From Mobula hypostoma (Eukaryota), in the NCBI RefSeq assembly GCF_963921235.1, contig NC_086103.1:128960001-129024000 (forward strand): DNA of 64,000 nucleotides, written 5' to 3'. This document shows positions 38,201 to 50,529 of the stretch, piece after piece; position 1 is the first letter of the stretch, and each line of letters begins with the position of its first letter. The position numbers were made by a program, and so were the translations under genes. Under the pieces are notes generated by a model. The model saw only the letters and a program-made list of their open reading frames with translations, was not told the origin of the DNA and ran no database searches.

Positions 38201-41080
38201 TAGTATAATTAATCTTCAACTGATTTGCCAACAGTTTACCAACTTTGTCACTATGTACATAAAATTCACTTCATTTTCTTTAATTGATTTACAATCGAGG
38301 ACGAAAGTAATAAACTGTGTTCCATTTGAAGTTCAGTTCATTGTTTATACAACTCCTCAGAGGGAGCTGTAACATATTTATCATCAATTTCCTTAATCTT
38401 GTCCACAATAACCAGCTCCTCCTGCTTCAGCTTCTTCCTCAAAGCAGCAGAATACGAGATACTCTGACCACGAATATAAGCTTTAAAAGTATCCCAAAGG
38501 ATGTTCATAGAAATATCTTCTGTATAGTTGATTGTAAAAAAAAATCGATCTGATCATTCATAAAGTTAACAAAATCCGAGTCCTGAAGCAACAGCGAATT
38601 GAAACGCCGTTGTCTATTATTTTGTGTATTGGCCTGAATTTTAATAGAAAGCCTAAGTGGAGCATGATCCGAAATGGTTATAGAGTCATAATCACATTTA
38701 AACACTTAAGAAATAAGACGAGAGTCAATAAAAAAATAATCAATTCTTGAATAGGAATGGTGAACATGTGAAAAAAAAGAAAAATCTTTTTCCTGAGGAT
38801 GCAAAAAACGCCAAATGTCCGTCGACCCAGAATCAGAGAGGATGAGTTAATCAAAGTTGCAGATTTATTGGGTAAGGTCCGTAAAGGAGCCGAACGGTCC
38901 AAAACTGGAGATAAACAAGTATTAAGATCTCCGCCCCAGATCAGTGAAAACTCATTCAAATTCGGGAACAGATTAAATAGTGATTTATAAAATTCCGGAC
39001 AGTCCATATTGGGAGCATAAATGCTAACCAAAACTACCTTTTTATTAAAGAGTAGACCACTAACCAATAAAAATCTACCATTCGGATCAGAAATAATATC
39101 ATGTTGTACAAAAGTAACTGAGGGGTCTATAAAAATAGCGACACCTCGAATCTTAGTGCTTGAGTTCGAATGAAACTGTTGACCCTTCCAAAATTTAAAA
39201 AAACGTAGTCTGTCGCCCCTCCGCACATGTGCCTCTTGTAAAAATAGAACATGTGCTTTAAGTCTCCGGAATACTTTAAAAACTTTTTTCCTTTTAATTG
39301 GATGATTAAGACCGTTAGTATTCCAAGAGACAAAATTAATAATAGACTCCATAAACCCTAAAGTCAACCCGCAAAAAAGAGGATTGACAATAGGTTTGAC
39401 CCACGAACCCGGAAAGGGAACAGAACAGACAAGAGATAACGGGAAGGAGAACGCAACCAATGCTTCAGTAATGTAAATAGCCCAAGAAGAAAAAAACTAA
39501 AAAGTGAAGCCCCTCCCCCCACCCCCCACCCCATGACCCCAAAGCTAAATCTAAAGCAGACCAGCCAGAAAGAAGCAAGCACTAAGACTACCCCCATGAC
39601 TTCCGATAGACGCTCACTAAAAAAAAGTGTAAGTATAAAAAAATCAGCTAAAGTTATAAAACAGTAAAGGAATAAAAAAAAGTAAAGCAATTAAGACAAA
39701 CACAATATAATACAAAGAAAAAGCCAGTAAATATAAAGAAAACCGTAACGAACAACAGACCCTATGATTAAACAAAAAAAAAGAAACGAGATAATTAACA
39801 TAGACTAGTTAGGAAAAACTACAAAAAGTACATTTGAAAACTACAAAGTTTAAGGCCTCAAAGGAAATACGTGAAATGATGCTGACGGAATAACCACCCA
39901 GAGACCCCAGGGAAAAAGAAAGGAATGACGCAGTTGAGAAAAAGTTTGGCAACCATATTAATTAACCAAAAATAAACTTTTCTGCCCATATAAAGCAAAA
40001 AAAAATTAAACCCTACAGATTAACAGCCTCTGATCAAACGGAGATAATTAAAAATTACGATTAAGATGTTGAAGGTGAAAATTGATCCAGGTAACTCTGG
40101 GCATCCGATGGAGAATCAAAAAAAACGGGGAGCCCCATCAGACGTGCGAATCTTTAAACGTGCAGGGTAAAGCAGCACTGGTTTTAAATCCATCTTGTAG
40201 AGTTCCGACATCACAGATCTGTAACGAACACGTTGATCCCGAATCTGTTTACTGAAGTCCTCCACGAACCTAAAATGAAGATCCAAAAAATCAATGTAAT
40301 CTTCAGGTCGAGCGAATCGAAGCAATTTCTCCTTGTCTTGAAAGTAATGAAATTGTAGAATAACATGTCGAGGTTTATCTGACTTAGATGAATATGATGG
40401 AACTCTGTGAGCCCGATCCAATAAAGGTGGTTGGTCAGGAAATACGGTAGGAAATGCATCTTTTAAAAGTTGAGAAAAAAAACTTTATAGGGTTGTCAGA
40501 TTCAGCAGCTTCACGAATACCAATAATTCGAATATTCCGCCGTCGCATTCTGGATTCTAAGTCAGAGTTATTAAAAGTCAGAAAGTCAAGTTTTTTCTTC
40601 ATTACAGTAATTGTTTCTTCAATTTTCCCCATCTTGAGTTCACTTTGTTGCGTGGATTTTTGAAGATTAAATATAGCAGACTGATGTTCTGTGATAGATG
40701 TTTGCATTTTCTCAATTGCATCGGCAATTTTCTGGAGATTAATTGAAATTTCCGCACGAATCAGCTGCGATATAGAAGTTGAAATTTCCGTTTGAATTAG
40801 ATCCGATATAGCTTTCAAAGTTAACGGTGGTTCAGTCGGAGGAAGATCGGTACCTTTCGGTCTAACCGGAGGTTTGCCGTCTTTCCCATTTTTCCCGTTC
40901 TTACAGATAGCAGACCGTAAAAGCATCCGAATATCAAAAAAAAACAATTTGTTTCAAAGTATTATAAAAGTCGATGCCTTAATGGTTAGCTTAACATAGC
41001 TGATCATAGGAAAAAAACTCAGGTAATGGAGTGAGTCAAGAACACGACTTCACTCCATGAGCTCTACCGGAAGTCTGACC
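35282..41080 (-). mobile_element. Full-length L1-clade LINE (second family) with multiply frameshifted ORF1 and ORF2
   Basis: 10-bp TSD gttacattta at 35272-35281 and 41081-41090. 5' ggtcagacttccgg. ORF1 ESRMRRRNIRIIG...LYPARL. ORF2 [38 protein letters not shown]. Poly-A signal and A-rich tail. Confidence 0.93.
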
Positions 41081-41505
41081 GTTACATTTAAAACAGACTG
41101 TTTCATTATTTGAGTTGCAAATGTTGCTGAATATTATGCAAACTTCCCTACCTCAAAACCTTCTTTATTCCCTAATCCGAAATTACACAAAGTGGCAGGA
41201 ACGCATCTCAGAACGTACCATGGATTTGAGTGTCTGCAGGATGATATGGAGGCCAAAAGGCCAATTACCAGAGTCAAAAGAGCATTGAGAAGCACAATCA
41301 CTACTCCCAGCAACCCTGTATACCTCCACCTGTACAGGTTGCTGATTCCCCTCAATGTCTACAAATGTTCTGAATAAACCATCCTCAAAAGAATGCTACT
41401 AGAGCAAAACAGATAGATTAATTTAAAGTTTCATTCATGGAACTAATATTCTAACCCTCTAACAGGTAACATTCTCCAAGTCACTAATTTGCATTGCAAT
41501 AATTT

Positions 41506-41511
41506 TTTATT
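41506..41511 (-). terminator. Candidate TXNDC9 polyadenylation signal
   Basis: AATAAA on the minus strand about 83 nt after the stop; another at 41164-41169. Confidence 0.5.
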
Positions 41512-41593
41512 GGGCTATGAAAATTAATGAAATCAAAATTTAACAATACATAAGAATAAAAGATTGTGTGGATTAAGAAATATGCTTAGCAAT

Positions 41594-41708
41594 CTAATCA
41601 TCATCTGAATCAGAATCATTGTTCTTTCCTCTAATTGTCCTTTTCTCCATCTTTGTGACGCTTCCACATTTTTTTTGCATCTGGAAAGGTGGGTCCATCA
41701 AATTTCCG
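41594..41708 (-). CDS. TXNDC9: TXNDC9 last exon: (S)GNLMDPPFQMQKKCGSVTKMEKRTIRGKNNDSDSDDD*
   Basis: Matches the TXNDC9 C-terminus GNLMEPPFQ...TIRGK..DSDSDDD. ttttcttcttag acceptor. Total CDS is 678 nt (225 aa). Confidence 0.96.
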
Positions 41709-41879
41709 CTAAGAAGAAAAGAGTCAGACTTTAGTTGATTTTAATGTGTCCTTTTAAAGTTCGATGACAAATTCTGCTTGGAAGTTATATACTATTGGAA
41801 AGAATTGCCTGTGTTTGGTGGAAAAAGACTTTTCATCTCAAACTGCTGAGATCTCGTCACAATTCCACTCACCTATAAC

Positions 41880-44000
41880 AATAATCTCTCACCCTGTGAA
41901 TGCACTGCTCTCCACTCTCTCCTTACTAATCCCAAACTTATCAAATTTGCAGATAAAGACAGTGCTGTTGCAGTCTGACAGACTGACCTCTACCTTGCTG
42001 AAACCAGATGACAGCTCTCAGATACCTTCTCTTACTTATCCCTGAATCAGGACCCCATTGAGAAGCATCAGAACACTGTCTCCCACACTGGCACTGACTT
42101 CATGACCTGGGGAGATCTCCCTTCCACAGACTCCAGCCTCAGTTTCCCTACCTCACACTGCCCATTTCTATTTCCTACCCAAGATCTACAAACCCAACTG
42201 CCCCTGTAGGTCCACTGCTCCTGCCCCACCTAACTTGCATCCTTGTATGGCGACTTCATTTCTCCATTTTGTCCCGTCTTAGCTCAGTCCCTTCCCACTT
42301 ACATCCATGACACTTCGCATGCTCTCCTGTACTTCAACAACTTTCAGTTCCCTAGAGCTGTTTGCCTCATTTTCACCACAGATATCCAGTCCCTGAACAC
42401 TTCTATCCTCCAGCAGGAAGGCCTCAAGGGTCTCTGCTTTTTTACTATTACAGTTCCCCTCCACCTTCCTTCATTTGGCAGAACTGGTACTTGCCCTGAA
42501 CCACTTCTTTTTGCCACCTCCCACTTTCTCCAGATCAAAGGTGTAGCCTCCACACCTGCATGGGTCCCAATTCTGTGTCTTTTCATTGGCTACATAGAAC
42601 AATCCATCTTAGAAACCTAAACAGGTAATGCTCCCCAACTCTTTGCTACACTGATGGCTGCATTGGTGCTGCTTCTGGCACCCATGCAGAGCTTGTCAAT
42701 TTCACCAGCTTCTACTCCACCCGCAAATTTACTATTCCATGTTTGACACCCCTCTCCCCTTTCTTGATCTGTCTCTACCATCTTTTATAAAAAACTACTG
42801 ACTCTCAGTTACGTTGACCACACCTCTTCCCGCGCTGTCACTTGCAAGGATGCTATTCCCTTGTCACAGTTCTTCTGTCTCTACATATCTGTTTTCTTGA
42901 TGAGGATTTCCATGCTAGGACATGTCCTTCTCCACTCCCCCTCCCCCAGAAAATGGTGTTTCCCCTCCATCTATCAAAACAGCCCTCACACACATCTTCT
43001 CCATTTACTGCCCATCTGCCCTCTCCCCATTCCCACTCTGCCCAATAACAGCAATACAGTTCCCCATTCTCTCACCTACCATTGCACGAGCCTCTGCATC
43101 AAACCCATCATTATCCACAACTTCTGCCATCTCCAACGAGATGCCAACACCACGCACATCTTTTCCTCCCCCCTAGGATCACTCTCTTCTTGTCCACTCA
43201 TTCCTCTCCATCAGTCCCGTCTAAGTACTCATCCCTACAATTGTGCTAGGTTTTTACACCTGCACCTACAGCTCCTCCTTCACCACCATGCAGTCTTAAA
43301 TAGTCCTTCCAGGTGAGGTAGCACTTCACGTGCAAATCCATCGGAGTCAATTTTTTGTACCCTGTTCTCCCGGTGCAGCCAGCTACATCTGTGAGACCTG
43401 ATGTAGATTGGCCAGGATTTCCCAGTGGTCAGTCATTTCAATTCCACTACCCATTCCCATACTGTCCCTTTAAGCCCAAACACAGATTGAATGAATAACA
43501 CTACATATTTCACCTTGGTTGTCTCTGACCTGATGGCATCAATATCAAATTGATTTCCAGTAACCACACCTCAGTGTTCCCCCACCTCCCCCATGTTTTC
43601 CCTTCTATCCCTGCTCCATTCCTCTTTCCCCTCCCCACCTTCACAACTTGTTCATCACCTACACCTTACTTCAAGTCACCCACCTTCTTCCCTTTATTCC
43701 ATAGTCTAGTGTCCTCTCCCATCATATTCCTTCTTCATCTTCAATCCTTTGCCTCTTTCACCTATTACCTCCCAGTTTCGAACATTGTTCCTTCCAACCC
43801 CACATCCCATCTTCCCCCTCGCACCTGGGTTCGCTTACCATCTGCCAGCTCATGCTCCTTGCTCTCTCCCACCTTTGAATTTTGGCCCTGCTTGTTTCTT
43901 TACAGTGCTTATCAACGATCTCAGCCTGACATGTCAACTGTTCATTTCCCTCCATGGATGCTGCCTGACCTGTTGAATTCCTCCAGCACTGTGTGGCACT
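41880..44000 (+). mobile_element. Old degenerate Penelope-like element (RT, GIY-YIG remnant, 3' end)
   Basis: FYFLPKIYKPNCP and DIQSL remnants; similarity to the younger PLE bodies; terminal ccatggatgctgcctgacctgttgaattcctccagc. Confidence 0.8.
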
Positions 44001-44149
44001 CAACATTTTAAATAAGTTGGGTAGCCACAGGCAAGCAGCAAAGGAAGAAGTCTGGAGTGTAAAATTACTGCAGATTTTGGTGAGAAAATAGCAGGTCAAT
44101 AATAGGATATCCGGTCATTTGTTGGGAGTATTTGTTTGTACAATCTGCC

Positions 44150-44720
44150 AATTATTGAATTGACTTTATTTCTTAAATTCCTCATACATATGGAGTAAAA
44201 ATCTTTACGTTATGTCTCCATCTAAATGTGTAATGTGCAATCATAGTAATTTATAATAAATAGAACAGTCAATGTAATTCTGATGGCTTGGTGGAAGCAG
44301 CTGTCCCAGAGCCTGTTGGTCCAGGCTTTTATGCTGCAGTACCACTTCTAGATGGTAACAGCTGGAATAGATTGTGGTTGGGATAGCTTGGGTCCCCAAT
44401 GATCCACAGGCCCTTTTTATACACCTGTCCTTGTAAACGTCCTGAATCATGGAAAGTTCACAACTACAGATGCGCCGGGCTGTCCACACCACTCTCTGCA
44501 GAGTCCTACGATTAAGGGAGGTACAATTCCCATACCAGGCAGTGATGCAGCCAGTCAGGAAGCTCTCAATTGTGCCCCTGTAGAAAGTTCTTAGGATTTG
44601 GGGGCCCATACCAAACTTCCTCAACCGTCTGAGGTGAAAGAGGCACTGTTGTGCCTTTTTCACCACAGAGCTGGTGTGTACAGACCACGTGAGGTCCCCA
44701 GTGATGTGGATGCCGAGTAA
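44150..44720 (-). mobile_element. Rex1-like LINE 3' fragment
   Basis: LGIHITGDLTWSVHTSSVVKKAQQCLFHLRRLRKFG...FYRGTIESFLTGCITAWYGNC. Confidence 0.85.
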
Positions 44721-45139
44721 CTTTGGCTTAAGGATAGTGCTTTCATATGTCAAATGTGCTATAAGCACAACATTTAAACAGGAGGGCAATGGAAATTTTA
44801 AATCATAGCTTCAGTTCTCTTTGCAAACTTACATAAACATCCTATGGCAGTTTTTGAAAAAGTTAAAGGGATTTTCCTTGTGTCTGACCTAACATTTATT
44901 TATCCCTCAGTCTGCAACATTAGCTAGATTACTCAGTAATCATCTTGTTGATGTTTCTGAGACCCGTACATGTGAAAAACGACTACAGTATTTTCTAACC
45001 TTTTACAACAGTGGCCCAGTTTCAGAATAATGTATTTGGTGTAAAGTGATTAAAATGGAAAGGGGATGGGTTCTGACAAAACAGAATGCTATCAAGTTTC
45101 TTCCCCCAAGCAGCATTTTTAAAACGATTATACAGTAGA

Positions 45140-46150
45140 ATCTTTAAGGATCGTGGTTTCCCTTCTACCGTCATCAATGATGCCCTCACCCGCATCTCCT
45201 CCATTTCCCGCACTTCGGCCCTCACCCCATCCTCCTGCAACCACAACAGGGACAGAGTTCCCCTTGTCCTTACCTACCACCCCACTAGCCTCTGGATCCA
45301 GCACATTATCCTCCGCAACTTCTGCCACCTTCAACAGGACCCCACCACTAAGCACACCTTTCCCTCTCCACCCCTCTCTGCTTTCTGCAGGGATTGGTCC
45401 CTCCGCAACTTCCTTATCTGCACGTCCATCCCCAATGATCTCCCACCCGGCACTTATCCCTGTAAGCATAAGTGCTACACCTGTCCCTACACCTCATCTC
45501 TTGCAACCATTCAGGGCCCCAAACAGTCCTTCCAGGTGAGACAACACTTCACTTGTGAGCCTGTTGGGGTCATCTATTGCATCCAGTGCTCCCGGAGCAG
45601 CCTCCTCTACATCAGTGAAACCCAACGCAGATTGGGGGACCGCTTCGTCGAGCACCTCCCCTCCGTCCGCCATAACAGACAGGATCTCCCGGTAGCCACC
45701 CACTTCAACTCTGCTTCCCATTCCCATTCAGACATGTCCATACATGGCCTCCTCTACTGCCATGATGAGGCTAAACTAAGGTTGGAGCAGCAACACCTCA
45801 CATACCTTCTAGGTAGTCTCCAGCCCCTTGGTATGAACACAGAATTCTCCAACTTCCGGTAATTCTCTCCCTTCCTCTATCCCTATTTCACTCTATCCCC
45901 TCCACCAGCTCCCTCATGGTTCCGCCTCCTTCTTCTACCACCCATTGTTTTCAGGGCTATGACGTCAATGCTTCCCCTCCCCCACCCCTTTGTCTTTCAA
46001 ATTACTGGTCTTTCAACTGAAGCTACAAGCATTCTTCAAATCCTTCCCCATCTTTCATTCTTCAGTCCTGACGAAGGGTTCCAGCCCGAAACATCGACTC
46101 ATCGTTTCTAACTGATGCTGCCCGACCTGCTGAGTTCATCCAGCGTACGG
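45140..46150 (+). mobile_element. PLE 3' part (second family) with GIY-YIG remnant and hammerhead motif (46064-46099)
   Basis: FKDRGFPS...GVIYCIQC..LLYISETQRRLGDRFVEH; agtcCTGACGAagggttccagcccGAAAcatcgact. Confidence 0.88.
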
Positions 46151-46321
46151 AAAGTACAGCTTAAAGTTGTGTATGTTGAAAAATGTCAAGAATATTTTCT
46201 TTGGAAACCACACATTCAGTTGGATTTACAGCCATATCACTCAAGATTAAAAAAAACATACTTCTAGAAAACTAAAAATGAAATGTACCAATATATCCAC
46301 ATCATAAAATAAGGAGCCTAC

Positions 46322-46576
46322 CTGTAGTTAATGATGGCAGCACATCCCAATCTCCATTCCAAAGTTTCTGTAGTGAAATTATCTGTGCAACCAAGGTCAT
46401 CAAACCCAACAATGTAATCTTTTGCTTTCCCATCTTTCACCAAGACCATTGTTGGAATTATTTTGATTCGTAATTTCTCAGAAAGGAAAGGAGCTTTTTC
46501 TGCATTTAATTTGATGAACTTGGTTTCAATATGTTTTTTAGCCAGAACAGTCAAATGCTTGTCTACTATCTTGCAT
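46322..46576 (-). CDS. TXNDC9: TXNDC9 third coding exon (255 nt): (R)CKIVDKHLTVLAKKHIETKFIKLNAEKAPFL...LEWRLGCAAIINY(S)
   Basis: Phosducin-like thioredoxin fold; AG/GT boundaries; phase consistent. Confidence 0.97.
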
Positions 46577-47580
46577 CTGTATGTGAAAGAATAAATTAAC
46601 TTCATATATGCATTGTTGGTCTTTTTAAAGTACAGAAATATTTAGTATGAGCAGGGAAATAAGACAAATGACAATCAGTCAATGAAAAATCATGATTCAA
46701 TGGGAAGCTAAAATGCCATGTAGGGACAAGAACGTACAAGATGACAAGTGGAAAACAAAAAAAAAAATCACTAAGATTTTGTCCACCTATTACACCCAGT
46801 AAAAGACGTCAAGATATAGGTATTACCTCAAAGCAAACAAACTGTATATGAAAAGCATGGAAATAACTTAAATGCATTGTCCAAAAATGACTGATGCTAA
46901 AGCAATTGTTCGAAGAAAATTAATAGATATTTGAACAGAAGAGCTTGTGTGAAGATGTCATTTGCTGCATGTATTTCTCCAGGAGACCAGCTTCATACTG
47001 CTTTAATCCCTAAGGCACGAAGTTATAAATGATCCGCAAATATATAATGGGGGGATGTAGTGTTAAGGCACCCAGCTTTTCTTTTTACCTGATTCATGTT
47101 ACTCTGGTACTGCATTAGTTGATCATACAGCTTGAGTTTTCTTTTACAACCTCCTGCTGCAGAGTTCTTTCATCAGAACAGCTAGTGTACCAAGCAGACA
47201 TTGCACTTTGTACAGGGTGAATTTAAACCACAGTTGAAGGCTGTGGATTTTTGGAACCATGTCATGAGTTAGAAAATCAACAATGCAACAAAGATTAACA
47301 CTAACAGATTTTCAGCATTGTGCACTAATTTTGATTGGTGCCGAATCAGCAAATCATTAAATGGTTGATAGAAAGCGTATTCACTCTATATATTTTAGAG
47401 ATAATAAATTTGCATTGTATTTTAATTTGGGATTCATTTATGATTAAAGGAAATAGAAGTAATACAACTTAATTTATATCTAGAATTATCTTCTTACACC
47501 CCCCTCCACCCCAAGTTAAAAAATGACAATACATTCTTTTATTCAAAATGTAATTTCTTATTCAAAATACAACTTCTCAC

Positions 47581-47699
47581 CTAAATGTGGTATCTCTATA
47601 AAAGTGGCAAACCACATTTTTACTCTCCTTAACCTCCTGAAAAAAATCTTTTTCACTGGGAATCTCCCTGTATTCACCATGGCCTTTTGATAGCCATTC
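47581..47699 (-). CDS. TXNDC9: TXNDC9 second coding exon (119 nt): [39 protein letters not shown](R)
   Basis: Near-identical to vertebrate TXNDC9; ctacag acceptor, AG|GTGAGA donor. Confidence 0.97.
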
Positions 47700-47819
47700 C
47701 TGTAGACAAATGGAAAGCAACATGAGAAAATGTTTATGTTTCTTTTTATCAAAATAAGAAAGCATATCTCCATTAAATCAAATCTTAGGCTGTTAAGGTC
47801 TCATGTTAGGCGGTGTGCG

Positions 47820-48165
47820 TTATTAAGGACGCCCATCACCCAGCACATACCTTCTTCTCATTGTTACCATCAGGAAGGTACAGAAGCCTGAAGGCACACA
47901 CTTAGTGATTCAGGAAGAGCTTCTTACCCTCTGTCAACTGATTTATATATGGACATTGAACCCATGAACACTACCTCACTTTTTTTTATTATTTCTATTT
48001 TTGCACTACTAATCTTAATGTAACTATTTAATATACATTTATATACCTACTGTAATTCATTTATCTTTTTTCTATATTGATCATGTAGTGCACTGTACTG
48101 CTGCCGCAGTACAGAATTAACAAATTTCACAACATATACCGGTGATATTAAACTGGATTCTGATC
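47820..48165 (+). mobile_element. Rex1-like LINE 3' tail fragment
   Basis: attaaggacgcccatcaccc...tacagaagcctgaaggcacacac...aaactggattctga resembles 8505-8786. Confidence 0.7.
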
Positions 48166-48402
48166 TTGAAAAAAATTGTACTTTAATAAATCAATGTAAA
48201 AAACTGTACTTTACCTTCAAGAATAAAATTTTAGTATCATCTCTGCACCATACAGTATAAACGTACAACATTTAAGCACTAGAATTAAAATTTCAACTAT
48301 CAATAAAATTCATGCAATTTTTGTTAGCACTAATTACTGTATAATTTGCACTAGCAGTTCTAGTCAGTACAAAAATGATCAAATCTGTTTTCAAGTTTTC
48401 AC

Positions 48403-48591
48403 CTGTTTCTGATGTTGTGCTTTCTTCAATGATTCAAGTCTTCTTTCTCGGAGTTTCTCCAGTTCATCTCCATCCATCTTTTCATATTTTTCAATCTCAG
48501 CATCTAAATGCTGTTCAACAATTTCTGTTGTTTGCAGCATCTGCTGTTCAATGACTTTACTGAGCATAGCCACCGAGGGATTACTTGCCAT
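48403..48591 (-). CDS. TXNDC9: TXNDC9 first coding exon (189 nt): MASNPSVAMLSKVIEQQMLQTTEIVEQHLDAEIEK...KKAQHQKQ
   Basis: aagATGG start at 48591 and CAG|GTGAAA donor. The upstream acceptor puts the exon start at 48620 or 48601. Confidence 0.95.
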
Positions 48592-50159
48592 CTTTGCCAA
48601 TCTGAATATGCTTCACAAAACTCAAGAAAAACAATAGGCTTTTCAAAATAAATATACATAGCATTAATGTAATACTGTTAAATTTATTGTCTAGTTAAAA
48701 AAACAAAATAATCAATTTCCACATTATACAGAAAACAATTAGTTGGAATTTTAAAAGCTGATTAAATATGTTTTGCACACAAATCTGCACTAACCGTGTA
48801 CCCCTTAATATCAGAAAAATCTTTATTGACTATACTCAGTGACCTAGCCTCCATAGCCAGCTTGGGTATATAATTCCTCCCCCCGCCCAAAAAAAAATCA
48901 CTGCCCGTGAAGAATCAGTATGGCAAGTGTCATTAACTGCACAAATACAACAAACATGGAGAAACTATGAGAGTGGACTCTGTACAAGCAAGATGACAGG
49001 AGATGAGGTAAACGGAGCCATCAACAATGATGATGAAATTTCGAACTCCGGACGGACTCCAAGTGGATTGAGCAACGTATGAACATACATATTATAAAGA
49101 TGTGACTAAGTCCATCCAGATTCCCACAGCAACACTTTTATTTTAAGGAGAAACTATTTCATGTGAAAGTAGATTCAACTACACAGAACAGCGAAGAGGT
49201 TGAGAGGGGAATTGGTTTGACTTTTGCTCAAGGAAGAATCAAAATCTCTCCGGGCTCTCCTACTGGCAGGGAGCGTGGTTCAGTATAAAGCTTACACATT
49301 CACAGGCAAAATGGTATATTAGCCTATTCCGTGAGCTTCTCCCGTCTTTTACCTTAACGTTAAACGCCAGCATCCTGAAAAACTGTTGGGTAATTTTCTA
49401 TAATAGTTCATGACATGCTAATGTATACAAACCAAATTCCTTACAATGTGTCAATTAGAATTTAGCACTATTTTGAGTGTTTTCTCTATTCACTCAATCT
49501 AAAAAAAATATTTAACATGCCATTCACACTTCTTACAATACCTGTTTTATATATAATTTGACAAATTATCCGAATCATTCTCAACACGCGAAATTGTTGT
49601 AAAGTTCTCTCGTCAATTCCTGCTATTTGACTATCTGTCCATCATTCCCACTCTTTGTCTCGTATTGTTCGGCCACCCCTACCTAACGGTGTTAACACAG
49701 TTAAAATAGGCCGGTGTAGGTTTCTCCCAGATGATCCGCTTTCTTCCCATATCCCAGATGTGGAGATGGAAAAGTTAATTGGCCACAGTAAATTATCCCA
49801 AGTACTGTTGTGGAATCTACAGGGAGTTGATAAAAATGCAAGAAGAATAGCGGGGAGATGAATTGCTTTGTGAACCAGTCGGCTGAAATGGGCTCTTTTG
49901 TGTCGTACGGACATGTGTAAAAAAATAAGCGGGGTTGCAAGTGTGAGCTGCTACAGACCCCGTGAACTGAAAAACCTCAGGCCCAATCTCCCTCTGTTCG
50001 GTCTAGGTGCAGCTCTCGCCTCCCACATGTTCTGTTTCAAACCACATCAGATCAGCAAAAAAAACTTGACAAGGAACAGAAGACTCCAGCGTCACTCCCT
50101 ACACATAAATACAGCAACCACTCTGGTTCTCGCCGACTCAGGAAGCCTCAGCTCCCCTA

Positions 50160-50420
50160 CTTACGCAGCTTTATTCCACCCGCACAACCGTCCGCTTCCG
50201 CTTCTCCCTGCGTCGCGTCCGGGGTTATGTGTCACGGCTTTTGCTTCCCTGGCAACAGCTGTCCAATTGGAGCAAAGGAAAGAAAGCACGTGGTTCGTAC
50301 CCCGACGCCGTGCTGCAGACGGGCGGATGAACCAGCTTTGTTTTTTTTGTTTGTGCTGGAATCAGTACCGCTGTACATTCAATTATCCTCCCAATAATAG
50401 GGCGGTTGAAATATAGCCAA
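50160..50420 (-). promoter_or_regulatory. TXNDC9 CpG-rich promoter
   Basis: CpG enrichment, ETS-like cttccg, gggcgg GC boxes, X-box-like gcttccctggcaac. Confidence 0.65.
50165..50240 (-). other. TXNDC9: Putative non-coding exon 1 of TXNDC9 (TSS approximate)
   Basis: Minus-strand donor GC|GTAAGT at 50164 in a CpG-rich segment with GCGGAAGCGG ETS-like motifs. Confidence 0.7.
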
Positions 50421-50529
50421 AATCATCGTCTCTCTTTAATGTTAATCACCGTTTTAACTGCAAAAATCGGGCCACCAATTTGACATGCTGCCCTCAAATG
50501 GCATACTCTAATACAATGAAATTACCAGT

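Noticed and set aside
35598-40947. Programmed frameshifting to explain the many breaks in the second L1
   Set aside because: Breaks are numerous and several lie near homopolymers; decay or sequencing error is more likely.
48592-48600. ORF-track start MAK for TXNDC9
   Set aside because: That start is a TTG. The ATG at 48591 aligns with vertebrate TXNDC9.
49898-50416. 172-aa + strand ORF over the TXNDC9 promoter (likewise ORFs at 10584-10951 and 60434-60895)
   Set aside because: GC-rich promoter sequence is depleted of stops, the starts are mostly non-ATG, and there is no recognisable domain.
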